Below are positions 24,485 through 38,085 of a stretch of 64,000 nt of DNA, piece after piece (the first letter of the stretch is position 1; each line of letters opens with the position of its first letter). Source of the DNA: Escherichia coli (GTDB lineage Bacteria; Pseudomonadota; Gammaproteobacteria; Enterobacterales; Enterobacteriaceae). The notes beneath the pieces were generated by a model that worked only from the letters and a program-made list of their open reading frames with translations, did not search any database and had not been told where the DNA came from. The position numbers and the translations under genes were made by a program. The stretch lies in NCBI RefSeq assembly GCF_017348835.2, contig NZ_CP071375.1. One strand, given 5' to 3'.

Positions 24485-25383
24485 TTCACAACGGTAAGCG
24501 GCTGATGGTGGAAGATTTTTACCGTGTCAGCGGCAATACGCTCTGCAGCAAAAATACCGCGCATCCGCGCCCAGGTGTTACTGTCGACCGAAGCAACCTG
24601 CTGCTTCTGCGCGGCGGTTAACATCTGCCAGAGCGGATCTTGTTGCCAGCGTTTAACAATGCTCTCTTCGCGATAGTGGGCAACCAGCAGCCAGGCAGGA
24701 TTGACCGCCAGCAGTTGCTCCAGGCCGATAGACGGCATGGACGCACCCGCCATCGCAGCGGGAACGTTCAGCCCCAGAGAGGCCAGCACGCTGCCGGTCC
24801 AGGTCTCCTGAGTATGCAGGTTGAATTGCTGTTCGCGTGATGTGCCAAAGGCCACGCGTGTCCCTTTGGGAAGCTGGCTGGCCCACTGCGCCATCCTCTC
24901 TTTATGTTGTTCCAGACGTGCCTGCATCTCTCGCTTTTTACCCACCATTTCGCCGATGATAGCCGCAGATTGCAAATTTTCAGCGTAGGTTTCGTTGCGG
25001 GACTTAAGCAGCAGTACCGGCGCGATTTGCTGCAAGGCGATGTAAACCCCCGCATGGCGACTGCTGTCGGCAATGATCAGGTCTGGTTTCAGAGCGGCAA
25101 TGGCTTCCAGGCTCGGCTGCGCGCGCGTTCCGACGGACTGCCACGGTTTCAGGTGCGCACGCACTTCGGGCAGGATGCGTTTTGCATCGTTATCGTCGGC
25201 AATACCGATCGGGCTGACGTCCACGGCGGCCAGCGCATCGGCGAACGAGAGTTCCAGCACCACAATCCGTTGTGGCGTTTTTTCGAGTGTAAACGTGCCG
25301 TGTTCGTCCTGAACCATGGCGGCAAAGGCGTGGCTGATCACCAGCAGCAGGCCTGCAAAAAGAAAACGGATAAATGCCAACAT
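24481..25383 (-). CDS. fecB: Ferric citrate periplasmic binding protein
   Basis: About 300-aa ORF with signal peptide; overlaps the fecC start. Confidence 0.9.
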   Translation of the reverse strand: MLAFIRFLFAGLLLVISHAFAAMVQDEHGTFTLEKTPQRIVVLELSFADALAAVDVSPIGIADDNDAKRILPEVRAHLKPWQSVGTRAQPSLEAIAALKPDLIIADSSRHAGVYIALQQIAPVLLLKSRNETYAENLQSAAIIGEMVGKKREMQARLEQHKERMAQWASQLPKGTRVAFGTSREQQFNLHTQETWTGSVLASLGLNVPAAMAGASMPSIGLEQLLAVNPAWLLVAHYREESIVKRWQQDPLWQMLTAAQKQQVASVDSNTWARMRGIFAAERIAADTVKIFHHQPLTVVK

Positions 25384-25427
25384 AATCACATTCCAGCTAA
25401 AAGCCCGGCAAGCCGGGCGTTAACACA

Positions 25428-28788
<3,361 letters not shown>

Positions 28789-28792
<4 letters not shown>

Positions 28793-29310
28793 AACCCATA
28801 CTCCAGACGGAACAGCAGGCAGTGCTCGACGGCTTTCGCCACGTATTTTTTCACGGAGCTGATGGAAACACCGAGTTTGTGCGCAATCTCGCTGTATGTC
28901 AGACCATCCAGTTGCGAAAGCAGAAACGCTTCACGTGTTTTGCCGTTTAGCCCGTCCAGCATGCTGTCGAGGAGTTGTAGGGTCTCGAGTTGGCTTTCGC
29001 GTTCCTCAGGTGAAGGCGCTCCCCCCTCCGGCATAAGCGCCAGCATCTCCAGATACGCTTTTTCCAGCGCGTTTCGGCGAAACAGGTCCACCATCACGCG
29101 TTTGGCGATAGTGCAGAGGAAGGAGCGAGGATCGCGGATCGTCGAGAGCGTTTCGCTGACCATTACCCGCAAAAAAGTGTCCTGGGCAATGTCATCTGCA
29201 TCAAAAGCAGACTGGAGTTTGCGCGTCAGCCAGCTTTTCAACCAGCCGTGATGTGTGCCATAAAGCGACTCGAACGTTAAGGAAGCTGTGGTAGTGGCGC
29301 GGTCAGACAT
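28789..29310 (-). CDS. fecI: ECF sigma factor FecI
   Basis: 173-aa ORF with sigma-70 region 2 and region 4 character. Confidence 0.92.
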
Positions 29311-29346
29311 GCGGAGTGCATCAAAAGTTAATTATCACGTAGTCAT

Positions 29347-29370
29347 ATTAATATGAGAATGGTTATCATT
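29347..29370. promoter_or_regulatory. Putative Fur box in the fecIR promoter region
   Basis: aatgataaccattctcatattaat on the fecI strand resembles GATAATGATAATCATTATC; about 40-60 bp upstream of the fecI start. Confidence 0.5.
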
Positions 29371-29601
29371 ACAATTGGAAATAAAATTGTTTCCAATAGA
29401 CATTTTTAACATGTTGTTTTTCTAAGTGTTATAAGGTAGGTATAAAATGGGATGGAGCCTCTGCTTCTGGCATGTGTCGGTCAGAATGACTCATGATGTG
29501 GTCTGCTATTATTGACATCCTCACTGCCCTAAAGGATGGGGATTTCGGTAATGCTGCCAACTTACTGATTTAGTGTATGATGGTGATTTTAAGGTGCTTG
29601 C

Positions 29602-29877
29602 GTGGCTTCCATTTCCATCAGATGTCCTTCCTGCTCCGCTACTGAAGGCGTGGTGCGTAACGGCAAAAGCACTGCCGGACATCAGCGCTATCTCTGCTCT
29701 CCTTGCCGTAAAACATGGCAACTACAGTTCACTTACACCGCCTCTCAGCCCGGTAAGCACCAGAAAATCATTGATATGGCCATGAATGGCGTCGGATGTC
29801 GCGCCAGTGCACGCATTATGGGCGTTGGCCTCAACACGGTTTTACGTCACTTAAAAAAATCAGGCCGCAGTCGGTAA
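29602..29877 (+). CDS. insA: IS1 InsA
   Basis: 91-aa ORF ([43 protein letters not shown]...). Confidence 0.9.
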   Translation: MASISIRCPSCSATEGVVRNGKSTAGHQRYLCSPCRKTWQLQFTYTASQPGKHQKIIDMAMNGVGCRASARIMGVGLNTVLRHLKKSGRSR

Positions 29878-30299
29878 CCTCGCGCATACAACCGGGCAGT
29901 GATGTGATTGTCTGCGCTGAAATGGACGAACAGTGGGGCTACGTCGGTGCTAAATCACGTCAGCGCTGGCTGTTTTACGCGTATGACAGGATACGGAGGA
30001 CGGTTGTGGCGCACGTCTTCGGTGAACGCACTCTGGCCACACTGGAGCGTCTTCTGAGCCTGCTGTCGGCCTTTGAGGTCGTGGTATAGATGACGGATGG
30101 CTGGCCGCTGTATGAATCACGCCTGAAGGGAAAGCTGCACGTTATCAGCAAGCGTTACACTCAGCGCATTGAGCGACATAATCTGAATCTGAGACAACAT
30201 CTGGCAAGGCTGGGACGGAAGTTACTGTCGTTCTCAAAATCGGTGGAGTTGCATGACAAGGTCATCGGGCATTATCTGAACATAAAACACTATCAGTAA
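29796..30299 (+). pseudogene. insB: IS1 InsB frame with an internal TAG stop
   Basis: Frame reads ...LLSAFEVVV* at 30087-30089, then resumes as [44 protein letters not shown]... Confidence 0.65.
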
Positions 30300-31060
30300 G
30301 TTGGAGTCATTACCTCCTCCCGAACTCAAAGCTATCATACAGATAATTACTGGTTAACCCTATATAGGGCATTTTAAAGTGTTGTGATCTTACCCAGCAA
30401 TAGTGGACACGCGGCTAAGTGAGTAAACTCTCAGTCAGAGGTGATTCACAAGACAAAACAGTTTCAACCAGTAAAAAAACGTAAACACCATTCGCATGAA
30501 TTTCGTAGTTAAGATCTGAAGCTTGCAGAATGCATCGGTGTTACTGCCGGAGTCCGTGAACTTAGTCTGCATGAATCACCACAGCTTTACATCTGTCGCA
30601 GTAAACAGCAAAATCAGCAAACTTACTTAATTATATCGAGTGCGATTACAATCGCTGGCGATGGTACAGTTGGTGTGGCGGTCTCAGTCCGGAACAATTT
30701 GAAAATCAGAATCTCACTTAAAACGGCATCCATTTTACAAAAGATGGCCGTCTGTGTATTTGTAATGAATACCTTCTACATGTTTAGAGTGCATAATCCA
30801 CGACAAGGCGATATCCTAAAAATTAGCTAGCAGGCAACTTTGATGGCATAGATAATGTTTTTAGTAAAAAAGAGTTGACTGAATATAATACAGCCTCTTC
30901 CTACATAAGAAGGAATGTGCTCACAAAAAAAAACCATTAGTCTGCTTCCTGTTCTTACAATAATCAGTATTATGTATTTTATTTATATAGCAAAATATGC
31001 TTGTTACACCTGTCATAATTAGGCATGGTAAAATTATTGACTGAACCCTGGGGGAGAAAG

Positions 31061-31318
31061 ATGCACAGTGATTATTATAATATGGTTTTTGGTGAAAAAT
31101 TGGCCAATATTTTATATGAAGCTAACTCTCAATTTTTTTACGAGAGAAATGTCATAGAAGAGGCAGTCAACGCTTTATTCTGTGAGCGTGAAATAATAAA
31201 CAACAAGAACATAATAAAGAAGCTGATGTTCTTTTTGTCAGATGTTAATCACACCAAGAAAGATGTTGTTCAGAGCGCACTTAATATTATCATTGACATT
31301 ACATCAGGTGATATTTGA
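31061..31318 (+). CDS. Small AT-rich orphan ORF (about 85 aa) of unknown function
   Basis: Strong RBS gggggagaaagATG; no recognisable family; inside the IS-rich island. Confidence 0.35.
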   Translation: MHSDYYNMVFGEKLANILYEANSQFFYERNVIEEAVNALFCEREIINNKNIIKKLMFFLSDVNHTKKDVVQSALNIIIDITSGDI

Positions 31319-31559
31319 GATTTTACATAAAAGATAATCTCTCAAGGAGTCTTATCTGAAAACGAAATATATAGTCCCTCTCGTTTTGTAATATCGATTG
31401 GCTTTGTTGAATCGGTTACGTACCCCGGAGCCGGTCATATTTTCAGGTAATACACACGCTTTCAGACATTTCGGCTTTCGTCATTTTGGTATCATGGGCA
31501 TAGCTTCTGCTACCTGACCATCATAATCACGCAGCTTCAGTGAAGCAGTGACCACCTGT

Positions 31560-31760
31560 TTAACCCGGTGTATCGTTATGATCTTATCCAGCAATTGAAC
31601 CGCCCCGGGTTTCCTGGAGAGTGTTTTATCTGTGAACTCAGGCTGCCAGATCATCGTTTCCGATGGAAGCATAATAAGCTTTTTCTGCTTCTGCCGGTGG
31701 AATATGGCCCTGCCTTTCCAGCAATCGTCGATTGTTATACCAGTCCACCCACGTGAGTGT
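31560..31760 (-). mobile_element. 3' remnant of an IS3-family element (last about 45 codons of the transposase)
   Basis: Minus-strand frame reads ...DELTTLTWVDWYNNRRLLERQGHIPPAEAEKAYYASIGNDDLAA*, a typical IS3-family OrfB C-terminus, with no upstream transposase body. Confidence 0.5.
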
Positions 31761-32035
31761 GGTCAGCTCATCATACTGACACGTGCATTACCCCTACCGC
31801 GATAATGCAACCGTACAATATAGGGCGTTTCCTAAACGCAGCCCTCATCACTCCAATCCAACAAGACACAGCATTTTTGATCACGAAGAAAGACAAATAA
31901 TTTCCGTAAATGTTTCCGTTGTTACAAATAACAACAGTGTTTTATATTTCTTTGGCCTCAGGCCCGCGCATGTTGCCATTCGATGTCATTTTCCTGACTC
32001 GTTTCTTCTTTATGGTGTAGTGTGATCTTCACTTT

Positions 32036-32572
32036 ATGGATGCTAACAATATGAAAAGAAAAATTATTCCCGTGCTAATCGGTTGTACGCTCTCTTTCTC
32101 TGCCCTGGCGGCACAACCTACGGCTGAGCGCTATGTCGTCAGTTTTCCAGAAGGCACGCACGTGAACTATGCCGGCGCATTTGCCAGTGCATTCCCGAAC
32201 GGCCTTCCGGTTGGGATAGGTTCTGGCCTGCTGTTCACCGGTAAACAGGGCGATGCCCTGACATTCGCAACTATTACCGATCGCGGTCCGAACGCGGATT
32301 CACCGAAAGAGGGGAAAAACGAAACTAAAATTTTCGTTACGCCAGATTTCGCGCCGCTGCTGATGACGATTCGTGTACAAAACGGCAAAGCGGAGGCCAT
32401 CGATCCCCGTCCTCTGCATGACGATAAAGGCGCGATCAACGGTCTGCCGCTGGCAAGCGACGTGATTGGCTCCACCAATGAAGTGGCCTTCAGCGACACG
32501 TTACATAGACTGAAGGGGGATAATCGCGGGCTGGATACGGAAGGGATCACTCCGGATGGTAAAGGAGGTTAG
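32036..32572 (+). pseudogene. Truncated secreted-protein gene (signal peptide; possibly phytase-like)
   Basis: MKRKIIPVLIGCTLSFSALAAQP signal peptide; the frame ends abruptly after 178 aa next to overlapping junk ORFs. Confidence 0.35.
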
Positions 32573-33085
32573 TTCCAGTTTGCTCACTCGTGTTAAGAAG
32601 GTATTGATCACCTGAACATCCGAATTGGTGAGCCTATTTAATAGAGCGGGTGGTATACCTTTACTAACAATCGCTTTGCGGTGACTTTCGTAGTTTTTAT
32701 TACTCATTGTTGATCCTCAAAAATCATTGTATGGCGGCATTGATCGTTTCCAGCAACCTTTACTTACTCACTTCGAACTGCATCCTCGTAGACTGTTCCA
32801 CTACAATAATCGAAAAGGCGCGGATGTCCATTCAGGTATCCCGCTAATACGTATAGCAATAACAATGGCTTATGCGGCGCGCGCTGTTCACCCTTGTGCC
32901 AGATTTTTATATTGGCAATTGCCTGCTGTAGCGATTTACTGGAAGCTATTGATATCCCTGGCAGTGAAATAATTGCGATCATGCTCGCAAATTTTCTGCT
33001 GTTCAAGCCTGCAAGTGAAGATATATTACCTTGATCTCATTTGTTTTTTTGCTGCCTGTTCTGAGAACGTATAAGGACATTCTCC

Positions 33086-33736
33086 ATGAATAAACTCCCT
33101 GATCATCTTCCGCGGCGGTATATCATCGAAGCTATCCATTTATGGGATGCGGGAGAAACTCATCAGTTCCAGCCTGCGCGGTTGTATGAGATTGAATATC
33201 ATGGCCGACGTTACCCCTCGAAGGCGATTGCTGGCATCGCAGCGACATTGATGACGGGGACGCAATTTACCCCTGCGGATTTCACCGGCGGAATAAAATC
33301 TAAATGTGTCAAGCTACTCATAGAGCAGGGATTTCATATTCATCTGGATAAAGCCGCTGCGGCTCCCATAGCCGACGTTCTGTTCCCGGATGAGTTGCCG
33401 TCGCAGGAGACATACCTTGAAGGTGCGGCGATAAAGGTGACAGTAAACCGCTATGAACGCGATAAAAAGGCCCGAGATAAAGCGGTCGAACATCATGGAT
33501 GCCAGTGCAACGTATGCGGTGTTGATCTGGTGAAGATCTATGGTGATATCGCTGAAGGCTTTATCCATGTGCATCACCTGGTGCCGCTGTCAGCCATTAA
33601 AGAGGATTACCAGCTGGATCCAGTTAATGATTTGCTGCCTGTGTACCCTAATTGCCATGCGATGTTGCACCGACGCAAACCACCGTTTACGCCGGAGCAG
33701 TTAAAAGCGCTGATGGATGCGAATAAATCAAATTAA
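33086..33736 (+). CDS. McrA-like HNH endonuclease with an uncharacterised N-terminal domain; candidate modification-dependent restriction gene
   Basis: 216-aa ORF with RBS aagga; C-terminal HNH zinc-finger signature CQCNVCG...HVHHLVPLS...NCHAMLH; N-terminal about 110 aa matches no domain I can name. Confidence 0.75.
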   Translation: MNKLPDHLPRRYIIEAIHLWDAGETHQFQPARLYEIEYHGRRYPSKAIAGIAATLMTGTQFTPADFTGGIKSKCVKLLIEQGFHIHLDKAAAAPIADVLFPDELPSQETYLEGAAIKVTVNRYERDKKARDKAVEHHGCQCNVCGVDLVKIYGDIAEGFIHVHHLVPLSAIKEDYQLDPVNDLLPVYPNCHAMLHRRKPPFTPEQLKALMDANKSN

Positions 33737-33743
33737 TGAACGC

Positions 33744-34724
33744 TCACCTTTCGCGCCAAAACTGCAAAATTGCTTCTACAAACTTGTCAGAAATAATCCC
33801 CCGACGGGCTGCCGTGCTGAAATGACTGCTTCGCAGTGCCGTCGTCCAGTTCTCCGGTGACCGGTACGCTGAACCGTAATATCCCGTGCTTAAATCGTCC
33901 GGGTCTTCATCAGGCGCGTTCGTCAGTCCTCTTTCACCTTGTTGCTGGAAGTCGACGAAAATAATATTGGCTAAAACATTATTTTGATAATTGCCATAAA
34001 TAACTTCATACGCATGAGGGAAATTTTCTTTCCAGTACCAGGTGGTATCGCCGCAAAACCACGGTGCGTCAGTAATATTATTAAGCTGAGAATGGTATTG
34101 TTTTAGATCCCTACGAAAGGCTTCAACCATATGATTAAAGTGTTGAGGGTGTGACGCGTAGTCACTGGTCATTAAGTCAAATTCGCCTTGCATCCAGCAT
34201 ACGCCGAGGAATTTGTTATGCGGATTTTTTGCCAGTGCGGCTCGCGTTCTGCTGACTAAATCCTGGTATAGCGGAGTATCCGTTCCCCAACGACAAGCAT
34301 CATGGCTGGCTCCGTGCCGTTCTGAATATGTCCCTTCGCTGCCCGCGGTAAAAGCCGATCCGCCACGGCAACACGGAACGATGAGAACCCCTGCATTATC
34401 AGGAATAAAGGGCAGTAATTTCCGTGCTATATGCAGTGCCTGGCCAACGGTGCCGTACTGTGTTTGATGATTCGTTGCCAGAGGATGGTGATAACCCTGC
34501 ATATCCTGAACATCGTGTGGGCAGTGAGTCAGTGGAATAATGTCGTTAAAGTGACATGACGGGCCTCCGGGATGCGTATGCGCAAATCTCGCTAATTGTT
34601 TAATTCTGGGATGAGGCGCATCTTCCCTGTCCGGTAATGGCAGTCCTTCGCCATACGCCATGGCATTAGACTGACCAGCAACGGTAAGAATATAGTAATA
34701 ATCAGGCGATATTATTGCGTTCAT
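33744..34724 (-). CDS. nanS: N-acetyl-9-O-acetylneuraminate esterase
   Basis: Start at MNAIISPDYYY gives 326 aa matching recalled NanS/YjhS. Confidence 0.9.
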   Translation of the reverse strand: MNAIISPDYYYILTVAGQSNAMAYGEGLPLPDREDAPHPRIKQLARFAHTHPGGPSCHFNDIIPLTHCPHDVQDMQGYHHPLATNHQTQYGTVGQALHIARKLLPFIPDNAGVLIVPCCRGGSAFTAGSEGTYSERHGASHDACRWGTDTPLYQDLVSRTRAALAKNPHNKFLGVCWMQGEFDLMTSDYASHPQHFNHMVEAFRRDLKQYHSQLNNITDAPWFCGDTTWYWKENFPHAYEVIYGNYQNNVLANIIFVDFQQQGERGLTNAPDEDPDDLSTGYYGSAYRSPENWTTALRSSHFSTAARRGIISDKFVEAILQFWRER

Positions 34725-34788
34725 ATAAATTTCGCGTAATTGAAATGACAAATTGATAGCAGGGCCCCTTTACCGGGGCCCTGAAGCG

Positions 34789-35895
34789 TTAGTTTTGTAC
34801 TGTGACTTTATTATCCTTCACAGAAATTAAAACTGAATCCATCACTGCTTTGCCGCCTGCAGTTTCACCGCCAATAATTAATAAACTATTATTCCAGGGC
34901 AATGATACTCCGTAGGCCCGACCTTGCGATAATTCACCCGATTTATCCCATTTCCCGTTATACCAAAGATGAATATCAGCGCTATATGATTTTTTCAGGC
35001 CTTCATGCGCATAGTTCTTACCGTTCTGGTAATTTTCTCGTGAACCTTTGAATCCGGCCCCTCCAGCAAATATAAGAGAATCATTGCTTATCCCCGCAAA
35101 ACCGCCAGCGACGCCATCTGGTGATGAGACGGGATCAAGCTTATTCCATTTTAAATTATCACCGGTGAAGTCAAGTTCAAATACGGCATCCGTTCGCAAT
35201 CCTGGTTTGGCTTCGCCATTAATAAGCCAGGTTTTATCACCTTTATTCACAACCGCCGCACCAGCCGTTCCGTACCAGGGAGATTCGCCAGCGTAACTCC
35301 ATTGCTGTGTTGAGGGATCAAAAGACAACAGAAACTTATTGAAGAAATAATCTTCTGCTTTTTTGTCAAAATAGTAGGCGTTGATTTTATCTATAGCGGT
35401 TGAATCTTTTCCAGCTTCGTTGAGATCTTCAAAATAGCCATTGAAGATATTCTGGTTAACACCGCCAGTAACATAAGCCTTGCCGTTGTGTACAAAAGTC
35501 ACATGGCCCGCCATGCCCATCGGCGCGTGCGACATCAATTTAACCCAGCTATTGGTTTTGGGGTTGTATTTGTGTACGTCATTAAATACCTGAGTCAAGC
35601 CCTCGCTGTTTTTGCCAATGCCGCCAAACACATACAGATTGCCATCAATAAATGCAGAGGTTGCTTGATCTCTCGGTCCGCCAGGGAATGCAGCTAACGC
35701 TGTCCATCTTTTATCTTTGGCCTGTGTATCCAGCTTGTACCATGCCGTACCTGCGCTACCTAAACCAATGTAGACAGTGTCGTTATCAATTGCTCCGGTA
35801 CCACTTTTAAATGGCACAGGAGTTTCCGGTAATACAGACGCGTTTGCGGCAAATGAAGCCATTATGATAGTAAGCGCCGTTATTGTTTTATTCAT
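34789..35895 (-). CDS. nanM: N-acetylneuraminate mutarotase (Kelch-repeat protein)
   Basis: Start at MNKTITAL (RBS caggagacag) with signal peptide; 368 aa matching recalled NanM/YjhT. Confidence 0.9.
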   Translation of the reverse strand: MNKTITALTIIMASFAANASVLPETPVPFKSGTGAIDNDTVYIGLGSAGTAWYKLDTQAKDKRWTALAAFPGGPRDQATSAFIDGNLYVFGGIGKNSEGLTQVFNDVHKYNPKTNSWVKLMSHAPMGMAGHVTFVHNGKAYVTGGVNQNIFNGYFEDLNEAGKDSTAIDKINAYYFDKKAEDYFFNKFLLSFDPSTQQWSYAGESPWYGTAGAAVVNKGDKTWLINGEAKPGLRTDAVFELDFTGDNLKWNKLDPVSSPDGVAGGFAGISNDSLIFAGGAGFKGSRENYQNGKNYAHEGLKKSYSADIHLWYNGKWDKSGELSQGRAYGVSLPWNNSLLIIGGETAGGKAVMDSVLISVKDNKVTVQN

Positions 35896-35914
35896 TGTGA
35901 CTGTCTCCTGTCTA

Positions 35915-36631
35915 CTACAGTTTAAATGACACACCAATGCGATAACTGTTTTCCGATAAATTATCTCTGCCGTTGTAAACACCCTGACGGTCCAGGTAGT
36001 CATATTCTATGTATGGCGTAATATCGGGCGTCATATGGTATTGTAGAACAAATGCATTTTCCGTCGCCCATTTCTTATGGTTTGCATAGCGATAATCGTT
36101 CTGTTTACTGTATAGCGTCGTTTGCCATGCGAAGGTGAAATCACTATTAATATGGTAAGTGACATATCCATCCCAACGATGAACGTTATCACGAGACATA
36201 TCACCAGATAAGTCTTGTTGTCGGTAAGCTTTCCAGTCGTAACGATAGCGAATGCCAAAATTAAGATCTTTTGTCGCGTCCCAGGACAGTTTTACGTAGG
36301 GTCCGTAGCGTGTGCCATTGCTGCTAAAATGCGTTAACATTCCCGGGCGCACCGTCCATTGATCATCAAGTTTAATCGCGTAATTAACTTCAACCTGAAC
36401 ATCATTGAGTGCGGCATTTTCCTTTTTATTATCATGAATGGTATTCCAGGTATTACTTTCCATGCTTGCCCACCATCCATTTTGCCATCCCTCACTGACT
36501 TTGAGTCGAGTCTCATAGGCGTGGCTTCCACTACGATATCCACCACGTACGTCCAGTGTCGCAGCCTGAGAAATTAATGGGGACGAAAAGCACAGTAATA
36601 ATACGCTAGAAAGTATTTTAGCCTTTTTCAT
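35915..36631 (-). CDS. nanC: N-acetylneuraminic acid outer membrane channel
   Basis: 238-aa ORF with signal peptide and C-terminal ...YRIGVSFKL typical of KdgM/NanC porins. Confidence 0.9.
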   Translation of the reverse strand: MKKAKILSSVLLLCFSSPLISQAATLDVRGGYRSGSHAYETRLKVSEGWQNGWWASMESNTWNTIHDNKKENAALNDVQVEVNYAIKLDDQWTVRPGMLTHFSSNGTRYGPYVKLSWDATKDLNFGIRYRYDWKAYRQQDLSGDMSRDNVHRWDGYVTYHINSDFTFAWQTTLYSKQNDYRYANHKKWATENAFVLQYHMTPDITPYIEYDYLDRQGVYNGRDNLSENSYRIGVSFKL

Positions 36632-37045
36632 AAATTTCACTCATTTGTAGGATACAGAAAGCAATACAAAGCCCGCATAAACAATTAGCATTTATGTTGT
36701 GTAATATTTTTTGCCAGGCTTATAGTGTCTTTGGCAACCGGTAGCTGTATTTTATATTTTTTGTATAATGTCTCCTGTGAAAAATCTCTTTCCACATTAT
36801 TTAAATAAACAGAGAGCCAGATTAAATACCTGAGTATAAAATCTCTGCTGATGTTTAATTGATTTGAATGTTCGTAAGCTATATCACTTACTCAATCCAT
36901 TTTACCCAGAGTCATAAAATAGAGTGTCTGTTGATCTCATTTTCATATTCCTTTCAGACTGAAGTGCGTTTTCATCACCCGATGAGAAAGAACTGAAGTG
37001 ATGTTTGCCATAGATTACGAGATGCCCAGTCTCATTGACTATCGT

Positions 37046-37070
37046 GGTGCACCTTTATACCTGTTATACC
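37046..37070 (-). promoter_or_regulatory. NanR operator (Nan box, GGTATA repeats) upstream of nanC
   Basis: Minus strand reads GGTATAacaGGTATAaagGTGCAC: two exact and one degenerate GGTATA repeat. Confidence 0.6.
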
Positions 37071-38085
37071 AGATCAAAAATCACGCAATCCATACAACGA
37101 AACCAGATTTGCAATTCGTGTCACAAAATATGTCGATATTTTTCTAAGAAGAAGATGCCATGTGAAGCCAGACGAACACTTGCGGAGGCCTTCATAAACC
37201 AGAGATATTTGTTTAATTATCTGTTTTATATGTGATTTATTTAGAGTCTAAACAAGGGAGGCTTTGCAAGCTAACTTAGTGGGCGTGGTGAAAATAAGTG
37301 TTTACCCGCCATCAGGCTGAGCATAATTCTCATCATGAAATATGTTTCCTGGTTTGTGGCTTGTAGCTGGTCACTCCTGAAGTCTCTCTGGAGAGGCTTG
37401 TTGATGTTGGTGTTTTCAGGGGGATGCCTCACTTAGTTTGTTTGCCGTATCGCCCGGCGAATAGCTGTGATTGAGGAAGGTTTAAGTCGCAGTGACCAAA
37501 GCCATATTTACCAACGGATGCAGATGAAAAAATCATCTCCTGCTTTCCCCCATATCTCCATGATAAAAAGGAATGTAACAATCTCATGGACTAAACTGAC
37601 GAACCAGCCAGGAATAATCGCTAGGGACCTAAGAATTAGCCTGATAATAGCCACTAAGAAATTACTGCGTTCCATGAAATAGCCATTTTGTGGCAAATGG
37701 AGTTGACTAATAATGTCATATGTGAGACGGCTAGTTGAACGAATATTAAATTTTGCTGAATTTTTTATGTTGATTTTACTTGTTACAGAACATATCACAT
37801 GATATATAGATAAGATTAGTTGCATTAATGATGAGGGTTATTATTAGATTCGTATCAGATTGATAAATATATAAAAGTATATAGCATGCAAGAGCATGGC
37901 GTTTGTATGGCAAAGTTATTATAAGTAACTGTTGCTACTCCATTTAAGTTCACTCAGAAGAACTGGTCCACTTACGTTAGTTATTAAGCAAACGTTCGCT
38001 TTTATAAACATAATCAGGATAAAAATGTTGGATTATTGCTAACCCAGCACAGCTAGTGCGCGTCTGTAATTATAAGGGAAAAACG

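Larger units (their letters stand above)
29547..30314 (+). mobile_element. IS1-family element, 768 bp, divergent variant
   Basis: Ends ggtaatgctgccaacttactgat... and ...ttggagtcattacc; insA and insB frames inside. Confidence 0.9.

Noticed and set aside
30315..31060. Possible retron or other ncRNA-plus-RT module in the island interior
   Set aside because: No reverse transcriptase or other partner gene nearby; inverted repeats not convincing by eye. Kept only as unexplained noncoding sequence in the findings.
36031..36577. Small ORFs overlapping nanC
   Set aside because: Embedded in or antisense to nanC; no signals.
37035..37825. Short ORFs (66-105 aa) in the nanC-fimB intergenic region
   Set aside because: AT-rich regulatory DNA containing the Nan box; no RBS; this region is known to be noncoding regulatory sequence in K-12.
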